64,000 nucleotides of DNA from an uncultured Bacteroidales bacterium (GTDB taxonomy: Bacteria > Bacteroidota > Bacteroidia > Bacteroidales > JAADJA01): assembly GCA_963764475.1 (NCBI GenBank), contig CAVXTE010000059.1, positions 7,936 to 71,935 on the forward strand, given 5' to 3'. Both the position numbers and the translations under genes were made by a program. This document shows, in pieces, positions 31,695 through 42,033 of the stretch. The notes beneath the pieces were generated by a model. The model was not told where the DNA came from. It saw nothing but the letters and a program-made list of their open reading frames with translations, and searched no databases. Positions within the stretch are counted from its first letter, which is position 1. Every line of letters begins with the position of its first letter.

Positions 31695-32740
31695 AAAAGA
31701 AGTATATAATTTGGACTATAGTAGTGGTTATACTACTGGCAGCAGGCATAATGGCTGTAAAACATGCCCGTAAGAGAGATGCATCTGAACCGGTTGCTAA
31801 AACTTATTCGATGGTAGTAAAAACCATCAGACCGGAACTGAAGGAAGTTACCCTTACCCTACCTTATCTGGCTCTGGTCCAGAATGACGAGGATGTTGTC
31901 CTGGCTTCTAAAATAGCCGCACGTATTGAGTCGCTTAAGCCAAGCAGCACAACCGTTTCAAAAGGAGATGTCATAGTCAGGCTCGATAATACCAGTATCG
32001 AAAGCGGCATACAAAGTACCGAAGCTCAAATTTCTGCCGCGAAGACGGGATTGAAAAACCTCCTGGCTACCCATAAACGGACACTTGAACTTTTGGCGGT
32101 TAAAGGTGCCTCAATCGAACAATCTGAGATGGAGGAAAGCCGGATTGCCGAAGCGGAATCGAAAGTCGAAGCGTTAACCCAGTCCCTGAACGATGTGAAT
32201 AACAACAGCTCGTACGCAATCCTCACAGCGCCGTCATCCGGTATCATTTCAAAAACAATGCTCAACATCGGCGACATGGCCATGCCGGGCCAGCCCATAG
32301 CCATTATAAGCGCGAAAAGGGGAGCATACCTGAAACTCAGCATACCTTCGGATTTAAAAGTCTATGGAGTTACAATAAATGACAAAAGCTATGATGCCAT
32401 TCCGCTTAACAGCACCTTTAACGGTTTGGCTGAATACAAAATGGTTGATGATGACCTTTCACTAATAACAGGAGAACGGATTGAGGTTGATGTCAAAGTT
32501 TTTAGCGGCCAGGCCGTTAAACTGCCTTTCGATGCCATATTAAACCGGAATGGCAAGAGTTACGTGTTTGTAAAAAACAACGATAAGGCTATTGCAACCG
32601 AAATTAACATTATTCAATCCGGAGAAGATGGCGCTGCTGTGAGCAATAGCGAGCTTGCAGGGAAAGAGGTGGTGGTTGAAAAACAGGATATTCTTTTAAA
32701 GCTACTATCGGGCATTTCACTAAAAAGTAAGGAGGAATAA
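31691..32740 (+). CDS. RND efflux periplasmic adaptor
   Basis: N-terminal TM; lipoyl halves flanking a coiled coil (ILTAPSSGII...GDMAMPGQP). Confidence 0.88.
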   Translation: MKKKYIIWTIVVVILLAAGIMAVKHARKRDASEPVAKTYSMVVKTIRPELKEVTLTLPYLALVQNDEDVVLASKIAARIESLKPSSTTVSKGDVIVRLDNTSIESGIQSTEAQISAAKTGLKNLLATHKRTLELLAVKGASIEQSEMEESRIAEAESKVEALTQSLNDVNNNSSYAILTAPSSGIISKTMLNIGDMAMPGQPIAIISAKRGAYLKLSIPSDLKVYGVTINDKSYDAIPLNSTFNGLAEYKMVDDDLSLITGERIEVDVKVFSGQAVKLPFDAILNRNGKSYVFVKNNDKAIATEINIIQSGEDGAAVSNSELAGKEVVVEKQDILLKLLSGISLKSKEE

Positions 32741-32743
32741 GCC

Positions 32744-35700
32744 ATGTTCGATTATTTCTACAAAAGGCCGTATACACTTTATTCGTTAATTGCAGGTTTT
32801 TTTATCTTAGGAATAGTTGGCCTGATCACACTTCCAAAGAATCTGTTCCCTGATGCAAATCCTCCCCAGGTAATCGTTATTACCGCAATTCCCGGAGCTA
32901 CCGCCCAGGTGGCTGCCAACACGGTTTCAAAACCAATCGAGGAGGAAATTGCGCGCCTCGGCGAGATTACCGATATAAGCTCAACTAATGTGGCAAATTT
33001 TTCAATCGTCAAAGCAGATTTTAGTTACAAAAAAACGCTTAACGCCGCCGCCGTCGATGTCGCAAACGCCCTTTCAATTGCTAAAGCAAAATTACCGGAA
33101 AACATCAGCCCAGCTATATATACAGCAGGTGATTTTACCCTGCCGGTTGACGTCATCTCCTTATCACCGAAAAACGATGAAATCAGTCTGGCTGAAATAC
33201 GTAAAATGGCTGACAGCTTTATTAAACCTTATCTATTAAGCAATCCTGGTATTGGAAATGTGGAGGTTTTTGGCGGTTATGAAAGCGGGATTAATATTGA
33301 GGTAGATCCTTTTAAAGCAAAACGTTACGGGGTCAATTTCGACATGATTGCTAAAGCCATTCAAACGCTGAACCGTGATATGCCCATCGGCTTTGTTAAA
33401 GGTGATGACAGTTTCTATACGGTTACTTTTTATGGTGAAAAGGACGAAGTGGAGAAGATCAAACAGATCTCTGTCTTACCGAATGTCTTGTTGGGTGATG
33501 TAGCTAATGTAACCTGGGGATTTAAAAAGCGCATGAGCGGATATATGGGCAATGGAAAATCTGCCATTGCGCTGGCTATTCAGCGTGCACCCCATGGAAG
33601 TGTACTGGATGTGAGCACGGCAGCACGGGCAGAGATAAAAAAACTGGAGGCGCAATATCCTAATATTAAGTTTGAAATATCCGATACCCAGCGTGATCTG
33701 ATCAAACTGGCCAATACCAACATGCTTGCTGCGCTACGTGATGCCATTATCTTTACGCTGCTAGTGGTGCTCTTCTTTTTGGGAAATTTCAAGGCAATTA
33801 TCGCTGCCGGACTTTCTATTCCCATGGTATTTTTCTCAACGATTGCTGTCATCTGGCTTACCGGAGGTGAGTTAAACCTGGTGATCTACACTGCTATTAT
33901 TCTGGCACTCGGTATGTTAACCGATGATGCGGTGGTTGTGCTCGAGAATGTGGAACGCCATATGAAAGAGCTTAAAGAAGACCTGGATACTGCTGTTAAG
34001 AATGGGACAAAAGAAGTGATCGGACCTGTATTTGCCGGTACACTGGCTACGATTGCTATTGTTTTCCCGTTGATGTACGTAGGTGGCTTCCCCGAAAAAA
34101 TATTTAAACCGCTTATCTTTACATTGATCGTTGCCCTGATCTTTTCATTTTTCCTGGCAGTTACGTTTATTCCCCAGCTTTTAAAATTTCTTTATAAAAA
34201 CGGGACCGCAAAAACAAAAGCGGAACTCTGGTTGGATAAAGTATATAACAATTCAATGGGGCGACTGGTAGAACCCTATGTTGGGGTTATTAAATTTTCA
34301 AACACAAAAAGAAGGTTACTGCGCCGCGTCCTCCTGACGGCCGGTGTATTGATACTGTTGGTCGTAAGTGTAAAAACTATCATGCCTACCATCGGCAAGG
34401 ATGCTATGCCACCTATGGACACCGGGATTATAAAAGCACAAATACAATTCAGTTCAAACGAAACTGTAAATAGTTCGGAAGCAAAACTGGAGCCCATCTT
34501 AACATGGCTGCAAGCTCAGTCCTGGATTGTAAGAAGTTCTATCGCCTTTGGCACAGAAGCCGGGGTTCTCAGCCTTGGCAGTGGTAATCTGCCGTCGGAA
34601 GCTACTATTACTATCAATTGTGTGGACCGTTTTAGCCGTAAACAAAATATGTGGCAACTTGAAGATTCCATACGGGACAGGCTTTCAAACCTGGAAGGCA
34701 TCAAAAGGCTTGATGTGTTTGATTTTGGCGCAACAGCCCTTTCTTCCATCAAAGCCCCGATAGATGTACGTTTGAAATCACCCATGGTGGATGGATTGGC
34801 TGACAAAGCCGTTCAAGTCAGCCAGGCAATAAAGGATGTTAAAGGCCTTACCTCTTTATCAACAAGCTGGGCGGAGGATTTCAGTGAAATTGTTCTGGAT
34901 ATTGATGAAAATAAAGCGTTGAGTTATGGCGTTACACCGTATCAGATTATTATGCAAATTCCGATAAAAGGACAGGAAGTTGGGCTGAATGCGGATTTGC
35001 AATCAATGAACGCACAAGTTGTTCGACTATACATGAAGGGTAAGTTCAATGAAAATATTCAAACATTAAGGTTATTGCCCATCCAAACCAATGTCGGGGA
35101 AGTGCCGCTTGAAGCCCTGGCAAAAATTTCTAAAAAACTAACTTTTGCCAAGATCGAACGCGACAAAATGCTTTACAGTGTCGATGTTAACGGATATCGA
35201 GCTAAACGGCCAATTACACACCTGACGGATGATGCGGTGGCTGCTCTGGCCGGGGTAAAAAATCTAGGCGATGTAGTGGTTACACAGGAAGGCGACATTG
35301 CGACCATCAATGACAGTTTTGCCAGGATGATGAAAGCCATTGCACTGGGAATAGTCATCCTGCTCATTTCACTTATAGCAATTTATAAGTCGGTGAAAAT
35401 GGCTTTGATAATGATCATTGTCTTGCCGCTTTCTATGATCGGCGCCGCCTGGGGTATGCTCCTGTTCCACAAGCCTAGCTGCATGCCCAGTTTGTTGGGA
35501 ATACTGCTATTGTTTGGAATAATAATTAAAAACGCCGTCCTGCTGATCGATTTTTATCAAAAGCACCGCGAAAGCGGCGAATCTCCCTTCGAAAGCGCTA
35601 TGGAGAGCGTCAGGGTGCGTTTTCGCCCGGTGATGATGACGGCTTTTGGTACCATAGCAGGGATGATTCCTATTGCCCTGGAACAGGCTGTCGGTCTTGA

Positions 35701-35821
35701 ACGTTTGAGCCCGCTTGCTGATGTGGCCATTGGTGGGTTACTTGTCGGTACGCTGCTAACCTTAATATTTGTACCCATGTATGCCTATATATTTGATAAC
35801 AAGAAATATAATTTAAAATGA
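32744..35821 (+). CDS. RND efflux permease
   Basis: LFPDANPPQV; GMLTDDAVVVLEN; GIIIKNAVLL; RFRPVMMT. Confidence 0.93.
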   Translation: MFDYFYKRPYTLYSLIAGFFILGIVGLITLPKNLFPDANPPQVIVITAIPGATAQVAANTVSKPIEEEIARLGEITDISSTNVANFSIVKADFSYKKTLNAAAVDVANALSIAKAKLPENISPAIYTAGDFTLPVDVISLSPKNDEISLAEIRKMADSFIKPYLLSNPGIGNVEVFGGYESGINIEVDPFKAKRYGVNFDMIAKAIQTLNRDMPIGFVKGDDSFYTVTFYGEKDEVEKIKQISVLPNVLLGDVANVTWGFKKRMSGYMGNGKSAIALAIQRAPHGSVLDVSTAARAEIKKLEAQYPNIKFEISDTQRDLIKLANTNMLAALRDAIIFTLLVVLFFLGNFKAIIAAGLSIPMVFFSTIAVIWLTGGELNLVIYTAIILALGMLTDDAVVVLENVERHMKELKEDLDTAVKNGTKEVIGPVFAGTLATIAIVFPLMYVGGFPEKIFKPLIFTLIVALIFSFFLAVTFIPQLLKFLYKNGTAKTKAELWLDKVYNNSMGRLVEPYVGVIKFSNTKRRLLRRVLLTAGVLILLVVSVKTIMPTIGKDAMPPMDTGIIKAQIQFSSNETVNSSEAKLEPILTWLQAQSWIVRSSIAFGTEAGVLSLGSGNLPSEATITINCVDRFSRKQNMWQLEDSIRDRLSNLEGIKRLDVFDFGATALSSIKAPIDVRLKSPMVDGLADKAVQVSQAIKDVKGLTSLSTSWAEDFSEIVLDIDENKALSYGVTPYQIIMQIPIKGQEVGLNADLQSMNAQVVRLYMKGKFNENIQTLRLLPIQTNVGEVPLEALAKISKKLTFAKIERDKMLYSVDVNGYRAKRPITHLTDDAVAALAGVKNLGDVVVTQEGDIATINDSFARMMKAIALGIVILLISLIAIYKSVKMALIMIIVLPLSMIGAAWGMLLFHKPSCMPSLLGILLLFGIIIKNAVLLIDFYQKHRESGESPFESAMESVRVRFRPVMMTAFGTIAGMIPIALEQAVGLERLSPLADVAIGGLLVGTLLTLIFVPMYAYIFDNKKYNLK

Positions 35822-36468
35822 ACAAAATGAAAAAAACAAAATTTCAGATTCCGGATTGGGCTTATGAATTTCACGGACATCAATGCCCGTTTATGCCAAT
35901 TGGTTACCGTATGGGAACATTGGCCTTGCAAAAATTAGGTGTAGAGCGTTGCAAAGACCACGAATTGCACGTTTTTTCAGAAATGGGCGTTGGACATCCG
36001 CAAGGGTGTATGCAGGATGGCATTATGTCGGCAACGGGGGCAACCTTTGGCAAAGGCATGATGGACAAACTTTACTATGGTAAAGTAGCTGCGACTTTTT
36101 GGTATCCGGGTGTAAAAGGAGCTGTACGGATTTTCTTGCGAAACGAATTCCAGGACAAACTTGCACCCCATGAGTTTTTTAAATATCGCAAAAAGGGTAT
36201 CGAACCTTCGCACATCCCGGCTGAAGTTTGCCAAGACATCATTAACATTGTATTGAATGCTTCAGATGATGAACTGTTTACACTTACTTCACTGCCTGAC
36301 TTTACCTATATACCGGTTAAAGGTTCGTTTAACAAAGCTGCCTGCGAAGCATGTGGCGAATATGTTTTCGAACGCTACCTCCGTATAAAAGACGGGAAAC
36401 GTGTTTGCATTCCTTGTGCGGGTCATGAATCCACTGAAAAGGGATTTTATTATCCTCAACTTAAATAA
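35818..36468 (+). CDS. FmdE-family protein with C-terminal zinc finger
   Basis: FHGHQCPFMPIGYR; CMQDG...TFGKG; CEACGE...CIPC. Confidence 0.88.
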   Translation: MNKMKKTKFQIPDWAYEFHGHQCPFMPIGYRMGTLALQKLGVERCKDHELHVFSEMGVGHPQGCMQDGIMSATGATFGKGMMDKLYYGKVAATFWYPGVKGAVRIFLRNEFQDKLAPHEFFKYRKKGIEPSHIPAEVCQDIINIVLNASDDELFTLTSLPDFTYIPVKGSFNKAACEACGEYVFERYLRIKDGKRVCIPCAGHESTEKGFYYPQLK

Positions 36469-36974
36469 TACTATTTACAAATTAATCCGGGTAAGATCAA
36501 TTCGCATAAATAACAATGGATTATTTAATAGCAACGATTTCTTTCGTGGCAGCATTCATTTTCTCACTTGGCGGGGTAGGGGCTGCTATTATTCTGATAC
36601 CCATATTGGTGTCATTCGGTATTCCTATTGGAGTAGCAAAGCCTGTCGGACTTTTCTATAACACAGTAAGTCTAGTCGGTGCCAGTGTTTCAAATATCCG
36701 GAATAAAAGGCTCGATTTTAAGATTGGAATACCGATTATCATTTTTTCATTTCTGTTTGCCATTCTTGGAGCCTGGGTGTCTCAATATATTTCTAAAAAA
36801 ATCATTCTTATTCTTTTCACGGGGTTTTTACTTTTCTCAGGAATAATGTTTTTGTTTCACAAGAAAAATGCTCAGGATTTCTATCGTGAAGACAGACCCT
36901 TTGGTGCTCTTTCCGGAATCGGGGCTTTTGCCGGATTTTTATCAGGATTGCTCGGAATAGGCGGCGGAAATATT
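36461..36974. repeat. ~514-bp direct repeat, copy 2
   Basis: Near-identical to 28718..29231. Confidence 0.9.
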
Positions 36975-37253
36975 ATATCACCGCTTATGCTAATGTTAGG
37001 ATTTAATCCTAAAAAAATTGCCACCATCACTGCCTTTGTTGTTCCATTTTCATCTTTTTCAGGATTCCTGACTTATTGGGCTATGGGAAACATCGATTGG
37101 AAACTCTTAATAATCGCTTCGGCTGCCGGTGTGGCAGGTGCTACATTAGGAACCATGTTTATGCACAAAAAACTTAATCCGCAAGCGGTAAAGAAAATAT
37201 TGGCAATTATATTATTGTTAATGGCTATTAAGCTTATCTGGAATGTTTTTTAA
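36516..37253 (+). CDS. TauE/SafE (TSUP) sulfite-exporter family permease
   Basis: FSLGGVG; GFLSGLLGIGGG; about 8 TM segments. Confidence 0.88.
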   Translation: MDYLIATISFVAAFIFSLGGVGAAIILIPILVSFGIPIGVAKPVGLFYNTVSLVGASVSNIRNKRLDFKIGIPIIIFSFLFAILGAWVSQYISKKIILILFTGFLLFSGIMFLFHKKNAQDFYREDRPFGALSGIGAFAGFLSGLLGIGGGNIISPLMLMLGFNPKKIATITAFVVPFSSFSGFLTYWAMGNIDWKLLIIASAAGVAGATLGTMFMHKKLNPQAVKKILAIILLLMAIKLIWNVF

Positions 37254-38297
37254 TTTAACCGGGATACATTTATTGCATACGAAACGTTGTTTAGTCAAAT
37301 TAATCGGTCTGAAAATTTTTCTGACCTTCTTACTGCTTGTTTTTTTGACCAATTTATCTGCCCAGGAATTGCCAACAGTAAAAGTAGCCTGGAATGGCTA
37401 TGCTCAGCTCCGGTTTACAAGCTAATTTCGATGATGTGAATTCATTTGCCATGCGCCGCATGAAACTCTGGGTAAATTCCACGCCAGGTTTTAATGAGCA
37501 TTGGGGATTCCATATTCAAACCACCATTACCAGCAACCAGAATGAAAAATTCTTTTTGCAGGATGTGCTGGTTTATTACAAGCAAGGTCGGTTCAGGATA
37601 AATATGGGACAATTTATTCCGCAATACAGTTTACAGCGCTTTCAGCCCGATTACGAAATTCCGTTGACCGAACGCTCCGCTGTTATAAATGCTTTAATTC
37701 CAAACGGCACATTGGGAGTTCGCGATATTGGAATCGAGGGAAGTTATACCGATTCTGACAATAAGTTTCAAACATGGCTTGGAATATTCAATGGATACGG
37801 AATTAAAGAATACGACTTTAATAATCCTGGAATTCTTATAACACATAAAACAGCGTTATCACTTTTCGACAATCATTTTTATACAGGCTACTCTGTGATG
37901 TATCGAAAAGCCGAGCAACTTCAATTGTCGGCTATATTGGCCGATTCCGTGTTATTTTCGGGAAATGATTTCCGTTATAATTTATTTGCACAATATCATA
38001 CAGGATAAATTTAAACTTCAGGCAGAATACCTTTGGGCAAGCCTTAATAATGATATAGCTGATGGTTATTATATCTTAGCTGCATTAAATCTGGGTAAAA
38101 ACCAACTTGTTGCTTCATGGAATCAATATAATGACCTGATCGAAAGTACCCTTAATTCACCTGTAATTCACATCGGGTATAACTATTTAATCAATGAAGA
38201 CAAATTAAAGATCATGCTTGACAACGGTGCTCAGTTGAGTGATGGAAACTTGAAAAACTATTTTGCAACCATTCAGCTACAAATATTTTTTAATTAA
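37243..38297 (+). CDS. OprO/OprP-like porin, split by frameshifts near 37420 and 38000
   Basis: GYAQLRF; FAMRRMKL; GQF.PQYSL; RDIG; terminal QLQIFFN, spread over three consecutive ORFs. Confidence 0.7.
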
Positions 38298-38328
38298 TTT
38301 TTTTGAAAACATTTTAAATTTTTAGATC

Positions 38329-38934
38329 ATGGTAAATCCACAAGACTGGCTCGAGTTCGGGCAAAAATTTCACGGGCACAAATGCCCGGCTATGCCGATG
38401 GGATTAAGGGTTGGCGCTGCTGCCCTTAACAAATTGGGTGTTGAACGCGCAAAAGATGGGCAAATCATCGCTATTGCAGACCTGGGCGATAACCATTGTG
38501 CCACCTGTTATGCCGATGGTTTGCAGGTAATTCTGGGAACAACTTTTGGCAAGGGCAACATTAAAAAGACACATAAAGGTAAATGGGCAGTTACTGTCAT
38601 CGATAAAGCCAGTGGAAAAGCTGTTCGGGTGACACCAAAAGCAGAAACCATGCTGGCCAATAAGCAGACTTCATTTTTCAGGGATTTTAGAGAAAAAGGT
38701 ATTCCTGCGAGCAAAGTTCCCGACGAGGTGGTCGAGCCGCTGGTGAAAAAGGTGATGGGAGCTCCTGAAGAGATGCTTATCAACATTTCTGAAGTTTTCA
38801 ATTTTGAACTGCATGAACATCCACACAGCTTCAACAGTTTTGTGTGTGAGGAATGCGGCGAAATGACCGTTATGGAGTACGGCCGGGTCAAGAGCGATAA
38901 AAAAGTGTGCATTGAGTGCGCTGAGAAAGGATAA
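38329..38934 (+). CDS. FmdE-family protein with C-terminal zinc finger (second paralog)
   Basis: FHGHKCPAMPMGLR; CATCYADG..TFGKGN; CEECGE...CIEC. Confidence 0.88.
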   Translation: MVNPQDWLEFGQKFHGHKCPAMPMGLRVGAAALNKLGVERAKDGQIIAIADLGDNHCATCYADGLQVILGTTFGKGNIKKTHKGKWAVTVIDKASGKAVRVTPKAETMLANKQTSFFRDFREKGIPASKVPDEVVEPLVKKVMGAPEEMLINISEVFNFELHEHPHSFNSFVCEECGEMTVMEYGRVKSDKKVCIECAEKG

Positions 38935-38952
38935 TCCATTTACAAATCTCAT

Positions 38953-38983
38953 AAAGGCAGGATATTTAATGTTCCTGCCTTTT
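38953..38983 (+). terminator. Intrinsic terminator
   Basis: AAAGGCAGGA...TCCTGCCTTTT. Confidence 0.7.
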
Positions 38984-39023
38984 CTGTGTTATGACAGGAA
39001 ACAGAAAATTTATAATTTGTTAA

Positions 39024-39065
39024 CGTAAAAGTACGTCAGATTAAAATTTTTGACGTACTTTTACG
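39024..39065. promoter_or_regulatory. ArsR operator-like perfect inverted repeat (15-12-15)
   Basis: CGTAAAAGTACGTCA-N12-TGACGTACTTTTACG upstream of arsR. Confidence 0.8.
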
Positions 39066-39087
39066 CCGGAATTTAAAAATGGAGTTT

Positions 39088-39423
39088 ATGCCGACAGCAA
39101 AAACAGAACTATTTGAAGAGCAACTTCAGAAGAGCGCCTTGATGTTCAAAGCGCTGGGGCATCCGGCCCGGCTGGCCATCCTGAACTTCCTGGCAGAAAC
39201 CAACAGTTGTTTCACCGGTGACATCTCGCAAGAAATACCTTTAGGAAGAACGACCGTGAACCAGCATCTCAATGAATTAAAAAAAGCAGGATTAATCCAG
39301 GGACACATTTCCGGTATCAAAACAAATTACTGCCTGAACCCGGAAGTTCTGGAAAAGCTGAAAGTTTCAATGGAAATTCTGATCAATTCTATGAATTGTT
39401 GCGGGCCATTAAATTGTGATTAA
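39088..39423 (+). CDS. arsR: ArsR repressor (type 2)
   Basis: FKALGHPARLAIL; SCFTGDI; RTTVNQHL; C-terminal CC..C. Confidence 0.92.
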   Translation: MPTAKTELFEEQLQKSALMFKALGHPARLAILNFLAETNSCFTGDISQEIPLGRTTVNQHLNELKKAGLIQGHISGIKTNYCLNPEVLEKLKVSMEILINSMNCCGPLNCD

Positions 39424-39424
39424 G

Positions 39425-39844
39425 ATGAAAATACTGATCATTTGCACAGGCAATACATGCCGTAGCCAGATGGCTGAAGGGTATTTAAAATCGTTTGATC
39501 AAAACCTTGAAGTTTATTCAGCAGGAACCGAACCCGGGAATCAGGTAAACCTGAAGGCTATTAAGGTTATGAACGAAATCGGTATTGATATCAGCAATCA
39601 TAAGCCAAAATCTGTCGACAATTTTATTACCGAAAGCTTTGATTATGTGATAACGGTTTGTGATCATGCTAAAGAAGTTTGTCCGGTTTTTACAGGCAAT
39701 GTGAAACACCAGCTTCATATCGGTTTTGAAGATCCGGCCGAAGCTAAAGGATCTGAAGAGGAAATTATGCGGGTTTATCGTAAAATCAGGGATGAGATAA
39801 AGGATAAGTTTTTTGATTTTTATTTAAAAAATTTAAAGAAATGA
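39425..39844 (+). CDS. arsC: Arsenate reductase (LMW-PTP/thioredoxin-coupled)
   Basis: CTGNTCRSQMAEG; TVCD...CP; DP motif. Confidence 0.92.
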   Translation: MKILIICTGNTCRSQMAEGYLKSFDQNLEVYSAGTEPGNQVNLKAIKVMNEIGIDISNHKPKSVDNFITESFDYVITVCDHAKEVCPVFTGNVKHQLHIGFEDPAEAKGSEEEIMRVYRKIRDEIKDKFFDFYLKNLKK

Positions 39845-40641
39845 ACGAACGATTAAAAGAAATTGTAAGAAGCAAATACAACCAGATTGCCTTACAGAGC
39901 AAAGAACAGAATCAGTCTTCCTGCTGCGGAAGTACAGAATGCTGCAATGATATTGAGTATACGCTATTCAATGACGATTATACAAATCTGGATGGCTATG
40001 ACAAAAATGCAGATTTGGGTTTAGGCTGTGGTCTACCGACCGAATACGCAGATATAAAAAAGGGAGATACCGTAATCGACCTTGGTTCCGGAGCTGGGAA
40101 TGATGCTTTTGTGGCTCGATCTATCGTTGGAGATGAAGGAAAGATAATTGGACTCGATTTTGCCGATGCCATGTTGTCCAAAGCGAGAAACAATGTGGCA
40201 AAACTTGGTTTTACGAATGTACAATTCATCAAGGGGGATATCGAAGAAATGCCATTGCCCGATTCGATTGCTGATGTTGTCGTGAGCAATTGCGTTTTGA
40301 ATCTGGTACCTGACAAACTAAAAGCCTTTCAGCAGATTTACAGGATTCTCAAACCAACGGGTCATTTTTGTGTTTCGGATGTCGTGCTTTCTGGTGACCT
40401 TCCGGAACCTCTGTTGAAAGATGCTGTCCTGTATGCCGGATGCGTTTCGGGAGCAATGAAAAAGAAAGATTATCTTGATGTGATCACCATTGTGGGATTC
40501 AAAAACATTCAGATCAGGAAAGAAAAAGAAATTAAACTCCCTGATGAGCTACTGTCGAATTATTTAGCTTTAAATGAACTGTTGGATTTCAAAAATAGTA
40601 ATATGGGTATTTACAGTATTACAGTTTTCGCCGAAAAGTAA
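39841..40641 (+). CDS. arsM: Arsenite S-adenosylmethionine methyltransferase
   Basis: SCCG..CC; LGLGCGLP; DLGSGAG.D; SNCVLNL; GCVSGA. Confidence 0.93.
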   Translation: MNERLKEIVRSKYNQIALQSKEQNQSSCCGSTECCNDIEYTLFNDDYTNLDGYDKNADLGLGCGLPTEYADIKKGDTVIDLGSGAGNDAFVARSIVGDEGKIIGLDFADAMLSKARNNVAKLGFTNVQFIKGDIEEMPLPDSIADVVVSNCVLNLVPDKLKAFQQIYRILKPTGHFCVSDVVLSGDLPEPLLKDAVLYAGCVSGAMKKKDYLDVITIVGFKNIQIRKEKEIKLPDELLSNYLALNELLDFKNSNMGIYSITVFAEK

Positions 40642-40707
40642 GTTAAAATAGCCACGAATGCGACGAATGATTATTTATTAGCGTATTTGCGGCAAATAAC
40701 ACATTCA

Positions 40708-41757
40708 ATGGAACAATTGACAAAACGCTTATCCTTTTTAGACCGTTACCTTACGGTTTGGATTTTTTCTGCTATGCTGGTCGGGGTATTTTCCGGATTT
40801 CTGTTCCCATCCATTGCAGGGTTCTGGGATAAAATGAGTGTCGGGACTACTAACATTCCCATCGCCATCGGTTTGATCCTGATGATGTATCCGCCTTTGG
40901 CAAAGGTTAAATACGAGGAACTACCCCTTGTTTTTAAAAATGTAAAAATCCTTGGCCTGAGCCTTGTTCAGAACTGGATCATCGGACCGGTGCTGATGTT
41001 TGTTTTAGCTATAGTATTTCTTCAGAACTATCCACATTACATGTACGGTTTGATCCTGATCGGGCTTGCCCGCTGCATTGCTATGGTGATCGTGTGGAAC
41101 GAACTGGCCAAAGGCAACTCCGAATACGCTGCCGGACTCGTGGCCTTCAACTCTATTTTCCAGGTGCTTTTTTTTGCAGTCTATGCCTGGGTCTTTATCG
41201 CCATTGTCCCCGGCTGGTTTGGCATCGAAACAACCGATGTGGTGAAAAACATTACCATGGGTCAAATAGCAAAAAGTGTGTTCATTTATCTTGGTATTCC
41301 TTTTATCGCAGGATTTTTAACACGCTTTATTTTGATCCGGGTGAAGAATAAAGACTGGTATCACACCAGGTTTGTCCCGAAGATCAGTCCCATTACATTG
41401 ATCGCGCTGCTTTTCACTATTCTTGTGATGTTTTCTCTCAAAGGTGAATACATCGTTCAATTACCGATGGATGTTGTGCGAATTGCCATTCCGCTCGTAA
41501 TTTATTTCATCATTATGTTTATGGTAAGTTTTTATATGGGCAGAAAAATCGGTGCGGATTACAGTAAAACAACTACAATTGCATTTACGGCCGCCAGTAA
41601 TAATTTTGAGTTGGCCATCGCAGTTGCTGTTGCCGTTTTCGGAATAAATTCGGGGGAGGCATTTGCAGCCGTAATTGGTCCGTTGGTCGAAGTGCCGGTG
41701 CTGATTTTACTGGTGAATGTGGCACTGAGGTTTAAAGTTAAGTATTTCTCCTCATAA
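40708..41757 (+). CDS. acr3: Acr3 arsenite efflux transporter
   Basis: LSFLDRYLT; MMYPPL; [11 protein letters not shown]; [11 protein letters not shown]; GPLVEVP. Confidence 0.95.
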   Translation: MEQLTKRLSFLDRYLTVWIFSAMLVGVFSGFLFPSIAGFWDKMSVGTTNIPIAIGLILMMYPPLAKVKYEELPLVFKNVKILGLSLVQNWIIGPVLMFVLAIVFLQNYPHYMYGLILIGLARCIAMVIVWNELAKGNSEYAAGLVAFNSIFQVLFFAVYAWVFIAIVPGWFGIETTDVVKNITMGQIAKSVFIYLGIPFIAGFLTRFILIRVKNKDWYHTRFVPKISPITLIALLFTILVMFSLKGEYIVQLPMDVVRIAIPLVIYFIIMFMVSFYMGRKIGADYSKTTTIAFTAASNNFELAIAVAVAVFGINSGEAFAAVIGPLVEVPVLILLVNVALRFKVKYFSS

Positions 41758-41803
41758 TTTAACAGTGAACATTTTTTAAATCCATCCACCATTAACTACA
41801 ATT

Positions 41804-41835
41804 AAAAAACCGCCCCTCTATGAGAAGGGCGGTTT
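41804..41835. terminator. Bidirectional intrinsic terminator
   Basis: AAAAAACCGCCC...GGGCGGTTT between convergent genes. Confidence 0.7.
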
Positions 41836-41844
41836 CAATTCAAT

Positions 41845-41965
41845 TAACCTATTGTATATTACAATGTCACCATTGATACTTCCAGGTGCATTGAAATAAA
41901 TATTATGGTTCTCTGCCGAAATGGTAATGTTACCGGCTATGTTGTCGATTGTTCCAAATGGAGTC
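41845..41965 (-). pseudogene. Remnant of a T9SS C-terminal domain
   Basis: PFGTIDNIAGNITISAENHNIYFNAPGSINGDIVIYN resembles the tail of 3048..4523. Confidence 0.4.
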
Positions 41966-42033
41966 AAAGGTTTTGATTGCTATATCAATCACGTGATCCG
42001 GATTGTTAGGGATATATCTTTCTTAAGCCAGAT

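Noticed and set aside
8300-41850. Metal island as an intact ICE or transposon
   Set aside because: No integrase, transposase, relaxase, tRNA target or terminal direct repeats were found.
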